Positions 1 to 14,569 of a stretch of DNA of 64,000 nt are shown one piece after another. Location: NCBI GenBank assembly GCA_965235115.1, contig OZ249436.1, forward strand, positions 58,528,001 through 58,592,000. Direction: 5' to 3'. Source of the DNA: Laetmonice hystrix. Taxonomy: Eukaryota. The first letter of the stretch is position 1; each line of letters opens with the position of its first letter. The notes beneath the pieces were generated by a model. The model saw only the letters and a program-made list of their open reading frames with translations, ran no database searches and was not told where the DNA came from. The position numbers and the translations under genes are program-made.

Positions 1-50
1 GAAACAATGATGCCAAATCTGATGTCATCTTGGTTTCGTATTTCCTGTAG

Positions 51-250
51 TTATCCCAGAGCCAAGGAAGATACCATGTGATACTCCTGGACAAGTATCT
101 TACATTACTGATGACCAGCTCTGAACCCCCTTTACATGGGAAGAGACAGCTGGTTCTGAGAACATGTCGGACGTTGCAGGTCTGCACTATTGATAAAGAA
201 TCACCCCACCTGACAGACATTGGAATTGGCATTGGAAAACAGAACACTAT
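51..250 (+). mobile_element. Possible decayed Ty3/Gypsy RT fragment
   Basis: SQGRYHVILLDKYLTLLMT...HGKRQLVLR resembles GxxQxxLDxxSxxLTTFxTPxGxxxxxR. Confidence 0.18.
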
Positions 251-1145
251 CTCTGTTCCATCTGAAAAAAACTCCCGGTGGACTGAAGGAAAATATAATC
301 GAAATTGACCACAAAATATTTTGCCAGGATAACGATTTTTATTGTTTTGTACAGATAAGCAGGTGGAAATAATTTTGATTTAATTTCTTTGGCTGAGGAA
401 CCTAAAATATTCATGGCGATATGCATGATACCTTTTCACTAGGTTCCCTATAATAGAGGAAGGGGAGCTTCAGAATCCATTATGAAACGAGATTGTTGCA
501 TTTTTATTAGAGTTAGTGCTAAATAAGAGAGTGTTGAACGTTGTTCGTTACTCGATTATGGCTTACTTAGATGGCACGATCATGCAATTTTCTTTTGGCA
601 TAATAATTATATTAGTTTCTAGTTTGCCTGTAGAAGTATCTGTTACTCGCGAACATCGCAGGGGTCCAAGACTGCACCCACAGTTTTTGACGTGTGTGTT
701 TTAGGGGGTTCTCCAGTGGCTTTGTAAGCTGATATAGTTTAATCTTGGTCGGATCGAGTAAACAATTCAAAATAGATAATGACTACCAGTTTCAGCGTTA
801 TTGTGAGTTTTGTACAACAATGTTCAGTATCAGATTGGACGCTCATGTTTGTGAGCGCTGATTGAGCGAAGTGTGAATGTTATGTGCAGTAATGACGCAG
901 CTCGTCTTTGTACTTAAAACCATAGAATTGATTACATGCATCCGGTGGAAAACGAGCAATCCAAGTACAAGTAGAGCGTTCGTAATCCGGGAGAATTCCG
1001 GTCAAGTTACAATCTATCCAACTATGCTTCACACAGCTTGTTTGGAGTGAAATATCAGGATGCATGACGATTTTTCAAACAATAGAACGTAGTACTTATC
1101 AGTCTAAGTGTGGTCAGTGATATGTTTATGTTATTGCCTCCATCG

Positions 1146-1370
1146 ATGCGATCTAACTTGGTAACCTATACATTGAACCAGGGACAACAGTTTGATGCCG
1201 CCTGGTAAAGGATGACTAAATCATGGGGGCAGATCAATGTTCACTGGCCGGGATATCAAATTCATCAACCGTATATACCTGCCCGCATGGCCCGTGGTTC
1301 TAAGGAAAACCACATGGATTTCCTTTGGATTACCATGGAAGGTTACCAAGTATTAGAGGGGATGATTTAT
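1146..1370 (+). mobile_element. Possible decayed APE endonuclease N-terminus
   Basis: One frame with a single stop: FDAAW*RMTKSW...VHWPGYQI...R..RGS...DFLWIT (D...ETW...PGY...R..GGG...LW). Confidence 0.2.
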
Positions 1371-2254
1371 TGAAGGGGGGGGGGTGCAGGAGGAAGGTCT
1401 ATGTGGGAGGGAGATGCCACTTCGCTCGGTCACCAGCGACCCGTGGTCTGTCTGTATGTCAGGACATTGCATCCAGTCTGGCGCCTGTGACAGCAATTTC
1501 ATTAGGAAGTTAAAGGTCATGAGAGGGGCTGGAATTGGGCAGGCAGAGCACACACCCAAAATTTGTATTGCTAATAGTGTGCTGACTAGGAAAGAGGGGT
1601 CCTGGCGGCCGTATCTCTGCCTGCAGGCTCTCGTGGTGTCAGAGTCGAGCTACCCACCACCGGCAAGTGACACATGGCATTGGTCGGCCCCCAAAATGAC
1701 CACAACAGTGACCATGGCCAGGATGGACGGCCGGGATGGCATTGGGGGGGGGGGGGAGCCGGTGGATATGAAGATTCAAGGACTCCTCGGCGTCGACCCA
1801 ACGCTCTCTACTTTCAGTGTACAAAATCCTGCAGGGGACCTAGACATGTGGCGGTCAAAATTCTGCCCCCCCCCCATCGAGTTTCCCACCCTCTCTGTAT
1901 ATATTATGTATGTATTTATTATTAGCTGAGGCTCTTAGGGATGGGAGCTGGGCCTGAGCTGTGACATTAAGGTTACATCGTGTCCATGGTGAGTAATAAT
2001 ATTGCATCCAGTCAGTAACTTTAAGCCATCTTCGGCCTAAGAATATCTCTGAGAGTTGGTGATGGTGTAGGTGCCGGTGAAGGCCATGATATAGTTACAA
2101 GAGTACGATGATAAGAAAGCCTCGGTCGCCTTCGATGCCTGTGGTCCAGTAGACATAGGCCATCATCTCCTTCCCACAAGGGAGTCACTGTACCTATTTG
2201 GAAGAGTATTTTTAATATATAAAGTTAACCTTTTTATCATTTTAATTTCGAAGG

Positions 2255-2700
2255 ATTCTAACGGGATTACCAGGGCCAGAATGAAGTCTTACCTGGGAAT
2301 TATCCGGCATGTATTTGAGATGATAGCAAGAAAAGACGGCAGTTTGATTTCGGTGTACGGGAGCCCATTTAAACACTCTCTGATTTGAAGCTACGTTTGG
2401 TTTAACGTGAATAAGTCTGTGCTTTCTATACAGGCAAGAGATCCCCATGGTTGGAAACATCATTGTCTTCAGCAGGAGATAAGAGGCAAGAAATATTACA
2501 ACGGTACTATGAGGGTTGAAATCAACTATTGGTAGACCTTAAAGGGGCCCTTTGTTTGGCCAAGGAGACAATGAATATTATTCACCAGCTTAACCTCATC
2601 AAGCACTGTTCAGTCCCTGATGTGCTTATTGCATGTCTTTTAAATCTGAGCTGGCTGGTGTTGGTGCTCAAAGAAGATGAGAAATTACCACTCAGAGCTA
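2255..2700 (+). mobile_element. Decayed RTE-type RT fragment
   Basis: RQEILQRYYEG*NQLLVDLKGA...KETMNII...SVPDVLIACLLNL resembles RQILEKxxEYNQ...FVDFKKAFD...RE...GVPxxL. By-eye only. Confidence 0.38.
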
Positions 2701-5588
2701 GTCAGCGCAAAGTCTTGAATTTTTGAAAGTGTTGGGGCATGCATTGGTGACGGAACTGCTGTCGACAGCCGATTGGCTCTCATGATAAGCGGACCTGGAA
2801 TAGGCTTTATTCCATGGCTTCAACATTATCGGTGTTGCCAGACATCTGATGACATTAGGCGCGGACACACTTTAAAATATCAGAAAAAGATTTCATGAAA
2901 AGAACTCAAAGCAAGGTTTGCAAGAGGTAAATTATGTTAGAAGAGTTAGGTAATAACAGGAAACAAGATAACTCATTGGCTTCTAGGACATAAAGAGTGC
3001 TCTTTATTCTGTAGATGATGGTGGTACATTTAGATTTCCACTCGCACACAAAATTCAGTTTGATTAAATAGATTAAATATTGTGGATTCAAATTGGTAGT
3101 TAGATATTGCTGTCAGATAAAAATGGGGCGTTGTGGATGACGGGTGTCAAAGCTACTGCAAGAGTTTATCTAACATAAATATGCTTAAAGTAGGCCTATG
3201 ATACCTTTGGGTTACATAAACAATACGGTATTCGGAGATTGATGTCCACAGGCACAGAGAAGTGAAGGATTCGGAAGATTTTTACTCATGTTCTCCAATC
3301 GGGTGTTCTGCAGGGGCATGTATGCATGCAGAGGGCCGATCATTTATCAAAGCTTCAATACATAGTAGATGTATAATTAGTCCAAGGTTGGGGCGACTTT
3401 TTTTCCGTATCTTTTTCAGACAAATGAAGTATGCCCCTTATAACTCAGCTTTTGAAATATATATTTTAATTTAACACTTGAAAAGAAATTAAAAAACTGA
3501 TTTTCCTATGAAACTTAAAATAGCCAATGCCAAAAACTATGAGTGACGTGATGTCAAGTTTTGGTGATGACAGGTTTCCAGTAGGCATCAGGGGATTTCA
3601 AGTGTACACTTCCTCTACTAATTAATCACATTCATGGGAAGTGATTACTAAACGATGATGATCGTCGACATTTTTCTGACTCTGTGCTCACAGGGGAGAG
3701 CTACCACAGAGCGTAATCATTCCAGAGAAAATCTACTTGTTGCTAGGGCTATTACAGCATTATGTTTTGGGATTTTTTGGGTCGGAAAGAGCTATCTATA
3801 CAGGGACACGGAAGAACTAAAGAAATGACTATGTTACCTACGGACAGGTATTGGATAGAGGTTGTCGTTAACGTGCTGCATCAGGGAGTGGTGCGATACT
3901 GCATGGGGATATTGGTTTCAAGTGCTGAGTGAAATTTGCCAAATCTGCCGTGAAACAGATTGGATATTTCGTCCCGAATATGGGAGCCCAGCGAGTCGCT
4001 AACAAACGGATAGTTTGTGTTAGCATACGTTATGGTGTGCTCTGCCCCAGTCGGTATGACTATCCTTGCACGGGCAAAATGAACACCACCTTTTTATCGG
4101 TGCCGCGCGTCCATGCTGATATAATACATATGCTAATTTCGTCCTGTTCATCGAAGGCATAATGTTGCCAGTATCCACATCACTGTTCCACTCTAACGTA
4201 GTGTGAATTGGATTTACCATCGCTGTCAATGTGCAAATTCTTTGGAATATGGCCTCGAGCAAGTCCCGCTCATGAAAAACGTTGTTACCTGCTCTGATCA
4301 TGATACAGGCTTAACAATCATGCACAATTACAAGGACGGTCCATTTTCTCTGTGCTGCTTTTATTTTGTAGTATGGAACAGGGGTTGGGTATTGAAGACA
4401 GGCAGAGGCAAGACTCCCATGTGACAAAAAATGTTTTTGGGATAAATGGTTGTATTAATTTTAATTATAAAATTATATTTATCCAACATTGTGGCTTACC
4501 ACAATGCTAAAGTAATCAACTTCAAAATTCTCATGAAAAACATGCCAGCATGCAGGAAAAGGTTAGTAGATCTTTGTTACCTGACAGTTGCATATCAAGA
4601 CTTACCTGAAAATGAAAAAAAAGTATTAGTTTCAATAGCAAAGATCAATGACAGAGAAACTAAAACGCACATAGCTCCAACCCCCTCTTTCTTACAATAC
4701 TTTCTTACATGTGAGGCATCACTAAAATAATCCGCAAAACTTAATGACACTTTTATTTAGTAATGATCTTTATGATGCTTCCTGATGCGTATTATCGACG
4801 TCATTACACCATTTCCTCCCAGGTCTTGGAAAATTATCAATCATAAGGTAATTGGTTGGGAACGCATTGCCTTGTGGCAAGATCCCTTCTTGCAATATAG
4901 GTTTGCAATCTTGCTTGTCTTTAGGCAGTTGTCTGGTTGGATAAAGCAGCACACTTAATTGGCATCTAAGACTGATAAATATGTTGCAACTTCGCCCAGT
5001 TATTAGCCATGAAAGAATTCTTGTGTAACTCTAGCCTAAGAACTGAATCAGTAGTTATTTACCCACGACGTTATAACGTGGCTTCAAGTGCACGAGTGTT
5101 GTGCTTGTTTCGAAGATTTGCATTTTTTGATTTAATAAAGTATATTCTTCGGTTACAATATCACATTGATTGAATTTCGCTACTCAGTATAGAATGCCTA
5201 CTTAGTAAAAGTGGCTTTTGTTGGAATTGGAGCAACCACTCAAGGGAATAACCATTAGGCATTATTTGCCATCAATATTATGCATATATTAATAAACGGA
5301 TCTCCTTTGAGGGTGTAAACATTTAGTGACGTCATTTTATTGGATTTAAACGAATGAACTTTTCGGAACCCCTATTGTGTTTCCTTCAAAATATCTTCTA
5401 AATCACAAATCTTTTGGACTAGAATAATGTAATTTATAACAGGTTGCAAGCTCCTACTACTCCCGGGGTAGTATTGATGGTGCAAATGAACAGAATACAC
5501 TGAGTTTCCTGAGCTTTTCTTATCTGTGGTCAGGCACTCGGCAATATGTCATCTAGTGTCTAGGCCTTTGGCTGGTCGCAAATTTACT

Positions 5589-6220
5589 ATGGACCCCTGC
5601 CTAAAGCTTGAGGAAATCTCCGAAATAGTGCCAGCATGCCTGGTAATAAAGACGTTAATCCTGATGGATTAGATCCATCCAACCTGGCTGGCCCAAACCA
5701 TGATGATGTATTCCTGTCAGAGGCGAGGTTGGCTGAATGCGCAACCATCACACCAAATGATGTATTTAGTAGCAAAACAGATGCTATTATACCTTGTTTG
5801 TAAAATACAAACACTACAGCAACCAAGGTAATTTTGTTCACATGAGAGGAAAAAGACGAACGTATGGGGGAGGGAGACGTATTTAGGCGGAGAGAGAAGG
5901 AGAGAAGAAGACGGCACAAATTCCTCACGATCCCCATGACAGATGTTCTTTAGATAGGGCATCGGTGCTCAAAGCGTGGAAGCTTGCTGCCGCTACAGGC
6001 TTTTTTCTAACGTTCCAAAGGTTTTGTCTGCAATGCTAAATAGTGAGTGCTTTCTACAGAGGAATGAGCCGTCTTTATCAGGGGAATCTGATGTCAGATG
6101 TCAAAAACCCAGGGGCCTATCTCGGACCATGTGATCTGCGAGCTGAGAGATCTTATAAATCAGACCACTTTTATGCCATTATTCATGGTATGGGGCGGGC
6201 CTGCAGACTGCAGTCTCCAG
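5589..6220 (+). mobile_element. Decayed L1/Tx1- or CR1-type RT, N-terminal half
   Basis: LEEISEIV/(frameshift)SMPGNKDVNPDGL (EE...SMPxNKxPGPDG); TPND...AIIP; KDERM; later MSRLYQGNLMSDVKNPG...GPCDL. By-eye only. Confidence 0.4.
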
Positions 6221-7068
6221 TAGTATCGAGCTGAAGTCGGCAACTCTCATTACAGTAATGCTGCTGGTATGCCTTCTGTCTCATTACATCCAACTCGGAT
6301 ATATTGCCTATAGCTCGTCAAGGTGTAGTCTTGACATTTCCTAATGTCCTTATGTTATTGTAAGGCATCTGTTTTCTGATTAATATCCCAGTATGCTGAC
6401 GCATGCATCTAGAAGTGCCACAAAGGACATTTCTTTGGTGTCGGCAGATAGTTTCATCTTTCTCCCGGTAGGGGTCATTGTTGCTGGGTTTTATATAGGG
6501 TGTCATCTTATATCCTGTGTAATATGTCAGTGTGTCATCACCGTCACTTGTGATCAATTTCTGAATATCGGGTTATCAATATTGGTCTCTCTGAAGCATT
6601 ATCGCTATGATTGATTAGCAAAAATTAGTCGTGGATAAAATGCTTGATATTCACGCTATCCATGTAGATACCCAATAATATCACCTGGCCATGTTTGAGA
6701 AGTGGCTCATGTTTGGTGAACAGTCTTGAAACATGTTGGCAACTTATTTCTTTCACCTTTGTTTCTATTCAAGGTTAAGATTTTATAGAGTTTCTATTCT
6801 ATACATGTGCACACACATTCTGTTAATTGGCAATGTGAGTCTGTCTGTCTGGGTGAAATAGATTGGTCACTTCTTGGAAACCGTTAATACTGATTAGGCA
6901 GCCTTACAGTGAGCTCTGTTTGGTATTTTAATCTTAGAATGGAAACCGATTGTCAGCTGATCCTCAGACTTTTATTGAAATGTCCGACCCCCCCCCCCCC
7001 CCCAAGTCATTAATAAAATCATCAGTTCTTTGATTGAACTAGTAGTTTCGCGACCTTTCTGCAGTATT

Positions 7069-7436
7069 AGAGAGGTTAAGATCCGCCCCAGTTCGAGACC
7101 GAGAACGAGGTGATTGCCGTTTTGTTGACTACGTCATCAGTCCCAGAGGGCTTCCACTTTTAACCTTAGTTATGTAAAGATAGTAATGTTAAATCCCCTA
7201 TTAATATACTGCGCATTGTTTACGCAAGGTTTTGATATAAAACAGCGTGAAACAAACCAACGAATCGACTTTGCCCCAGCTCCACACACAGCTGTGTTTC
7301 AGCGTTGCTCAAGCAAACTAGTCAACTCGGTCTCGTTGTCGAGTCGAATTTCTTAACCAGAAAATTTGCGCAACGAACGGCGTCCGACGTCCGACGTCAC
7401 CTCGTTCTCGATCTCGTGGCAGATCTTAACCTCTCT
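7069..7436. mobile_element. MITE, 368 bp, about 45-bp imperfect TIRs (AGAGAGGTTAAGATC...CGAGAACGAGGTGA) with ATT target-site duplication; PIF/Harbinger-ISL2EU (PHIS)-like
   Basis: 7069-7113 is the near reverse complement of 7397-7436; ATT at 7066-7068 and at 7437-7439. The superfamily call is inferred from the 3-bp AT-rich TSD. Confidence 0.85.
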
Positions 7437-8999
7437 ATTCAAGGCATATTTAGAGCGAGCATACAGCGTAACTTGTTTAGTCTGAGCTACGTCTATGGTC
7501 TGAGGGACTCTTCTCCCAACTTCCGGGAAGGTGATGGTGAGAAAGAAACCTGCTGCGAGGGGACCCTACATTTCCGAGAAAGTCGCAGGCATAGCAGAAT
7601 ATACTAGTAAGGCCTCTAGTCATACCTAGTTGTGGAGCTCTGGGGAAAGCCAATGAGAGAAATAACACTTGAAGCCTAAACCCCGCTGCAATCTGAAACT
7701 CTACCACTTTACCAGACGATCCCTCGTCGCATTTTACAAACAGTTTGGCAGATTGAGACCGCCCATGGCCCCCAAGGGGCCCTTGTTTTGGAACCAAAAG
7801 GCCAGGAAAAATGGAGGGGTTATCTGAGCATTTATATCATTGCCAGACCACTCCCCTCTTCAATACATTTTTCAAACGATAAAAAAAATAAGTGTTGGTT
7901 GATTGGTGGCAGGGACTGAGCGGTAAATGAGAAGTTGAATATGTGACTGCGGGGACTGGACTGATTCTCATGAGCTGTCGTCTGGTAGTTCCTTGATCTA
8001 AGTGGTTGAGCTGTCTTCATAGAACACATGATTGAAGGGGATTGAGAGAAGTGCCCATAATGTAAGGATAATACAATACTGAAACTCTGTGGGGAGCAAT
8101 TTTCTATAAGGCAGGGACTGATGACAGCAATGATAATTCATCAAAAGCATTTAATTACTAAAAGATTATCGGCAGTAAGCAGCAAATTCAACCTGCCAGA
8201 GACGAGAACGATGATACATGTACACGATATTTGCATTTGATTTGTCCCAAAGTTTATAAAGATGTCTGTGCAAGCATGTTTAAAATGGTTTTTATGCAGA
8301 CAGCAAGTACATAATCATGAGCCTGTGTAAGAAACCTTCATCTACGATTCAGTCTTTGTTTGCACGGACTGGCAAGGGGTGGCATCTATAAGGAGTCTTC
8401 TACAAAGTGCTGTGGTCGAAAGGAAATCACTTCTCTTGTTAGCAAATATTGTTCCAGTATAATCTTTAATGCATACAGAGTATGTGCAACATCGAGCCAC
8501 ATCTTAAAAACACCCTATGCAGGGTGCTGTATGTAAGGTTTAGCTAAGAAATAAGAAATACATAGAATTGTGACTATGACATCTGTCAGATAAATCTACA
8601 GGAGGTTCAGTGAAAGGATGAAAATGCTCATTTGTTTAAATATAAAATGTGTGGATAGTGATCTCGACGTTGCAACCCTACGTCGCACATCGTATGCTTG
8701 CCAAAGAATATAAATGTATTTTTGTCTACAGTAAACAAAAGACAAAAACAAAAAAGAAAATAAATAACAACGAAATAAAAAAAGGCAGGTAAATGCATGA
8801 GCAGGGCAGGAGAGACGTGATGTTTTCGCTGGCCACCCGAGAAATAAGGAAGCTGTGTCAATGACAGCTTGATCCCTGAATGTGAAGTGGCACTCACAAC
8901 AATATTCCTATTGCCAGATGCAGAACCAGTTTGGCTTAAATTAAGACTGATCACAATGAGTGCCTGTTTACAGGGTGCTGCTGTGCTGAGCCATGTTCA

Positions 9000-9250
9000 G
9001 AAACACGATGCCTGTCAGGATGGGCCACCTTTATCAACACACAGCATGCGCTTCCCGCCGCCTGCCATGTTTGCCGAGTGCCGTCAGTGGGACAAAGAGT
9101 GGTTGTAGGGGTCAAGTAGAAATAAATACAAAAAATCTTCTAGCAAAAAAACTCCAAATTATGCAGTTCTATGATGACATTAAAGGTTCCGAACAGTTGG
9201 CAGACATGCTGGGTAATATTGGAAGGAGGCTCAATTTACAGTTGACATAA
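9000..9250 (+). mobile_element. Possible decayed MULE/MuDR transposase C-terminus
   Basis: HLYQ...ASRRLP...VSGTK...(R)NKYKNLLAKKLQ...FYDDIKGSEQL, needing one frameshift in an A-run; resembles my recollection of invertebrate MULE C-termini. Confidence 0.28.
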
Positions 9251-10129
9251 TCAGGGTAATTGGAAGTCATGATAGGGGAGGCCTATATCTACACAAATTT
9301 TGTCACATGTATAAGATGATGGGTGTGTATCACATTCATAATTTTAAAGTTGGAAGAACTCAAGCCTCCTTCAAATCGTTGTTCACACTCCTTCATTTCA
9401 AAGCATTTTTTTATACCTTATTCGGCCAGTGTAGATTTAGATAAAACCTTCAACATTAATGTTAAACCAGCGGAGTGACTGCCTACATGGGTCAATGATG
9501 TACCTGTGGCCCGCTCCCAGGGTCTGTGTGTCTTTGCGGCAATATCACAGATACATGGTCTGGCTCATGTCATACTTGACAGGAAGGCCATAAATCACAT
9601 AGGCCTATATGTACATGTCATTTAGTTTAGGGTCCAAAACCAACTACTGGCAGCGCTGCAAGCTACTTTTTTGGCGGATGCGGATCATTTGGACCTTTTT
9701 TGATGATATCGTTATTTCAGACAAGAAATTGTATTGTATTTTGATAGATTAGACCAAAAATCAATGAAGCCAAATTTGTTGGGAGCATAGATCTAAATCC
9801 AGGTCAAAAGGACCATACGCTGGTGGAAGTTAAAAAAAAGACATCTATAATTTCCATCCCTGTCTCCGATATTGAACAGTTCGCTTTGAGGAGTGAATTA
9901 TGAGGACAAGGTACAAGACCATTAATGTCATTAATTATCTTTAATATGTGCGCGATTGGTGACACCTGGTAGGAAGATGAAAGAAGTGCTTGGCTTCACC
10001 TCCATGTGTCAGCACTGGTTGCTGCCACTCTCTCACACATACACACACCCACCCAACCCTCACTGCCTACCCGTTACAAAATTACCATTGCGGAAAGCCC
10101 ACTCACGGCGGGCGTCAGGATACACATGA

Positions 10130-10240
10130 CTGGATGGTCTCAATGGGCAATCAAACACAGCAGAGGAATGAGATAATGGATGAGCAATTACTGGTCCGGT
10201 TTGAGATGGCTCTACGGCAGCCTTTGAAGACTTTCAAGTC
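10130..10240 (+). mobile_element. Possible hAT dimerization-domain remnant
   Basis: SMGNQTQQRNEIMDEQLLVRFEMALRQPLKTF resembles S.MN..KT.xRNRL.xExL..LM.I...GP.L..F. Confidence 0.18.
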
Positions 10241-13200
10241 TGAAGACGAATAGTAATCTGGGTCAGAAGATGATAGCACCGACATTCTGCCCGAACAGCT
10301 CTAAAAAAACCGTCAGAATAACACGAGACTTTGGGAAACAATAACAAACGGATATCTGAATGAGACAGCTATAACTTGATTACACTGATTCCTGTAGGGG
10401 TAACAGGAAGCGGCTGCTGGGAACAAACACACTTTCTATTTGTTGATCTTATAGTTTCTAGATTGGAGAGGAACTGTATGTGCAGAATTATATTTCAAAA
10501 TGTAAAAAATAACCCTTCCATACTGCAATTATCGCAACCCGTACAGTTAATCTTACGAGGTTTTCCTTTACACAACATAAAATTTTCTCATTTAACATGC
10601 GTTGTTAATATTGGTTGTTATTTTGTTTAATGTCTCCACAAAAATAACTGATTGTCAAAGTAAAAAAGAGAAGAGATAATTTATGTTCATTGCGTCGTAT
10701 CATAGGCCTACGTTGTAGCGTTGTTTCCCGTCTCTGAACGCAGGAATGCAGCACCGACATAATACACCCTACGCACCGTGGTGGACATGTAAAACATACT
10801 TTACTATAAAAGGAAGGGAGAGAGAGCATGGGTGTGTACGCAGCGGCTGTACCATCAGCCCCAGGCTGTGAGCTGTCGGACCATGGATGCTTGTTTTGGG
10901 GTTGGCAGTCGACTGTCATTGGAAGTGTATCGTCCCAACCTGCATGCCCCATGGCCTGTCACCTACCCCGGTGCGGACAGGCCTGCAGGGTAAGCAAGCT
11001 TGTTCCTCACATAAATGACAACCAAAGCAGTATATTCCCGAGTCAATGCCGGTGGCGCTGGGACTGATTCTCACCCACGCCCTCTGATGTTGCCGCCCCA
11101 TTTGTGAATATGGCCCCAAGGCATCTTCATTCAGTCGACTAACATCATCAGTTACTGGCTGTAGGAAGGAATCAGAGGCTTGCCAACATCATGGATCTCC
11201 AGGGAGACGAGCAGGGAAAAATATCACAGTAACCTCATCACACCCTTGAGAAAACCTGCATTTGCTTATTTGAGTTGCCTTCATGGTGTGGACTGTTATG
11301 TGGAGGACATGACTTTGCAAGGATCGGCATCATATTTATAATACCTAATCCCAACGTAATGTATTTTTATTTACTGGTTTAAAGACAAATTCATTGCAGG
11401 CTATGTTTACTCAAAAAAAACTTGCGGATATCGCACGGAAAATCGCTTTAAGGGATCACGGCCCACTGAGTCAGAATTAAAATTCTTTGAAACTGAGTAA
11501 ATTTGGCATTTTGCTCATTTAGTTTCACGCTCAGCGGTTTTAGAATTTAAATCTGTTTCCTGTGAAACAGCAAAAATAGTATTTTGAAACATTTTCAGCG
11601 AAAGCACAGATTTTAACACAGCCTTATCATGTGTTGCTTACTTCATTCCCTTTCAGTTACGAGGATACATTACTGTAGGCCCTCCAAACAGGCCCCAATG
11701 TATGCTATAAAACACTGTGAACAACCTTTCGCACTAATGAAATAGATATTGGTTGTTTTTTTATTTAGGAATTCTAGATGAGCACTATTTCCCACTTCGA
11801 GCTGCCGAAAGCCATGCATTTGCTATTGGTAATAATTGAAAGGTCAGACATGTGTCACATGAAGCGAGACCGAGGTGTTGAAATGTATAACGTATGTGCT
11901 CATATAATCACAATGGCATCGAAATGCCGTTACATCAATACATTAGCATAGATCTACAGTCACGGGGTGACCTTCCCTGCAGGAATGAGCGGTAATGCTG
12001 ACTGTTTTTTTTTTAAATCGTGCCTGGTAATGTGAAGGATGCAGCGCAAGTCTCGACCAATACCCTTCTTGTAGGCAGGATTCGTGACAATTGAGATTCG
12101 TTTATTTAGTCTTTCGAATGAATTCCTTTTATATTAATTTTGTTAAAGGCCCATCTAGTGACCAGAAAGATCGTTTTTTGTAGGCCAAAAACATTATTTG
12201 TCAGTTGACATTATAATACATTTATTTCCTTTGACTTCTGCTGGATAAATCGCCATTTGATCGTGGCATTAATAAAATACATGATCTTGGTGTCGTTCCA
12301 TTTTCCTGCCCGTCCGTGCCATGACAAGAGAAATATTTTTGTCGGCACATATTCTGATTGCCTCGGCAAACCTTTGTCCGGCTCTCACACGGGCCCGTCG
12401 CCATGTCCTTGTAAGAAGACTGTCGGGCTGTGTTAGAAGTGTCAGGAGAGCTGTTGCCTTCTGATATCTCAGCGTCTGACACCGGTCCCCTGGCGTCCAC
12501 CGCTGGGACCGGCACCTCAGGGGAGATGGTCGGGCGGCCGGCCAGCCTACTCGTGCCACCCTCAGGCACGCCCGCCCGCCTCACAGTCCGCTCACCCGTC
12601 GGTACGTTTTCTGTCAGCTCATGCGTAGTTTCAGCTTTCCTTTAATCGAATTTTAAGTGTTATTTGTGACAGTTTGAAGTTCAGAGTTTGCATAATTGCA
12701 AAGGGCACCACACCAGTAGCGACAGATTGCTTCCAGAAATGAGGATTGAGCGCTAGTCTTAGCGGTTTTAAAAACAAAATCGTATCAAAAAAGTTGGGTA
12801 AGCTTTTTTTAACGTGTACCAATTTCCGTCCCATTAATTTTGATTTGATTTTGTTTTGAATTGAAAGACATGTTGTGGAGCACAAAGACACAAATGGTTT
12901 ATTTTCTTTGGGTCACGCCTTCAGACGATGGACCCTTTCTATATCGTGTGCCACGGGCTGACCTCTGATCGACCTCTGTGTTATGCAGATAGTGCAAAAT
13001 TCAGACTCCCACTGAGTATTTTATGCCCTCTTGCCACCTCTGACCACGATGCAAACTGATATCTGTCATTTTCTTGCCATCGATCAAATTGTCCGAGGCC
13101 CTCGCGAATCCTGATAACTGTATTGAGTATTGAACAATGTATTTGTATTGCTATCACACTGTGTCCTAAGTCCCGTGGGGTCATACACTACTGGGTGCCA

Positions 13201-14569
13201 TTCAATACCTGACATGAATCGTGCATGTCGTATAGGCATCAATTTTTTGGGACACCTTTGAATCCTTTTATGGATAGTTTGGGCTGAAGTGGACCAAGAC
13301 AAAGTGTACATGTTGATGAAGTCGCGCGGCAGGTCTGGTTGACTTATCAATTTGGTGTGGCTAAAACACTGAATGAAGACAAAAGACCGCACTTGCCGGA
13401 TCCCAGCCAGACTGTGTTGCCCCCTTGACCATGCCATGTTCTTATCTACGTTAGTCTGTGACTGGCATGCTGAAGATTCCCTAAACTGTAGGCATCTGAT
13501 TGGATGGTACGGTGGTTATTTGGAAGGTTTCCCATCAAGGGACCATCTTGTATTCCCAAGATTAATTTGCCACATCAGACGCCTCATGCCCGTCCCAGTG
13601 TTCTGCATACAGAAACAAGGCGGCCATTGTGCAAGATGCCCCTCAAAGAAATGGAAAAGGAATTGTTGGTGATGTGTATTGTAATACGAATCGCACCTGT
13701 TAGGGCCAATGGACGGTGACTGTTTTATACAGCTTCTGCAGATTATGGCAGAACGTTGAAAATACTGCAAGAACTGGTAGTTCTTAGAAGCATAACTGCA
13801 GAGAAAACTGGCTCAGGGCGGTACTATAATAGATCCTAGGTGCTGAAGTTGGGTCTGGTGAACTGCCCATTGGGAGAGCCAGCGGGGAGCAGACCGCCAG
13901 GGTTAGTACGACTGACCACACTGGCCACCAGGGAGACTCAACTGATGATCCCAGAATCAGGAAGAGGAGATTGAATTAAATTACCGTCAGTGTGTGCAAC
14001 GGTCAGCTGCAGGAAGAGTCAGGGGCCAGAAGCGGAAACTACTAAATATTTCATATTTGCACCCAGCTGATGCGATCGGAAGAGAAGGTCAAAGCTGATT
14101 ACATTGAGGCATTGTCCACTGGTGCACATCTTCTGGAGAATGGACAATCAACAAAAATGCGACCGCTTGAAAGTGGGTTCTGTGGACACAGCATAATCAT
14201 ATTACTTGATGCCAACTCATTTGTGAACTGCATGCCTGACAGACATAGACAGTAAACTTTCGGCGCCATTGTGTGGACAAATAGAATAAACCACCTGAGC
14301 TTTGATGCGCTGATTGTGGTGACAAACTAAGTTTATAACAGCCATTCCTTTGTAACCGCCGTCTTGATTACACCAAAGTTGGTTTGCACCTGTCCAACAA
14401 TCATCAGCAATTGCATTAGGTTGTGTGCGATCCAGGTCAGCCCGTTACCTTGCAGAGTGTTGGGAGCCCCCAGCCAGTACCACTGACGATGTTATGAACA
14501 GGCTCCCTCACCCTGCCTTCCGTCTGTCTCAGGGCCAACCTCATCCTGAAGTCATTAAGCTTGATAAAG

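Noticed and set aside
7305-7607. 100-aa ORF as a gene
   Set aside because: It starts inside the MITE and runs through its right TIR; no recognisable domain.
10884-10990. KDZ/Zisupton transposase motif (MDACFG)
   Set aside because: A single short motif without the upstream CPAC zinc-finger or downstream conserved blocks.
13504-13719. Retroviral-type integrase (WLFGRFP...HQTPH)
   Set aside because: Spacing between motifs is too short and no SD/NG..E residues are present.
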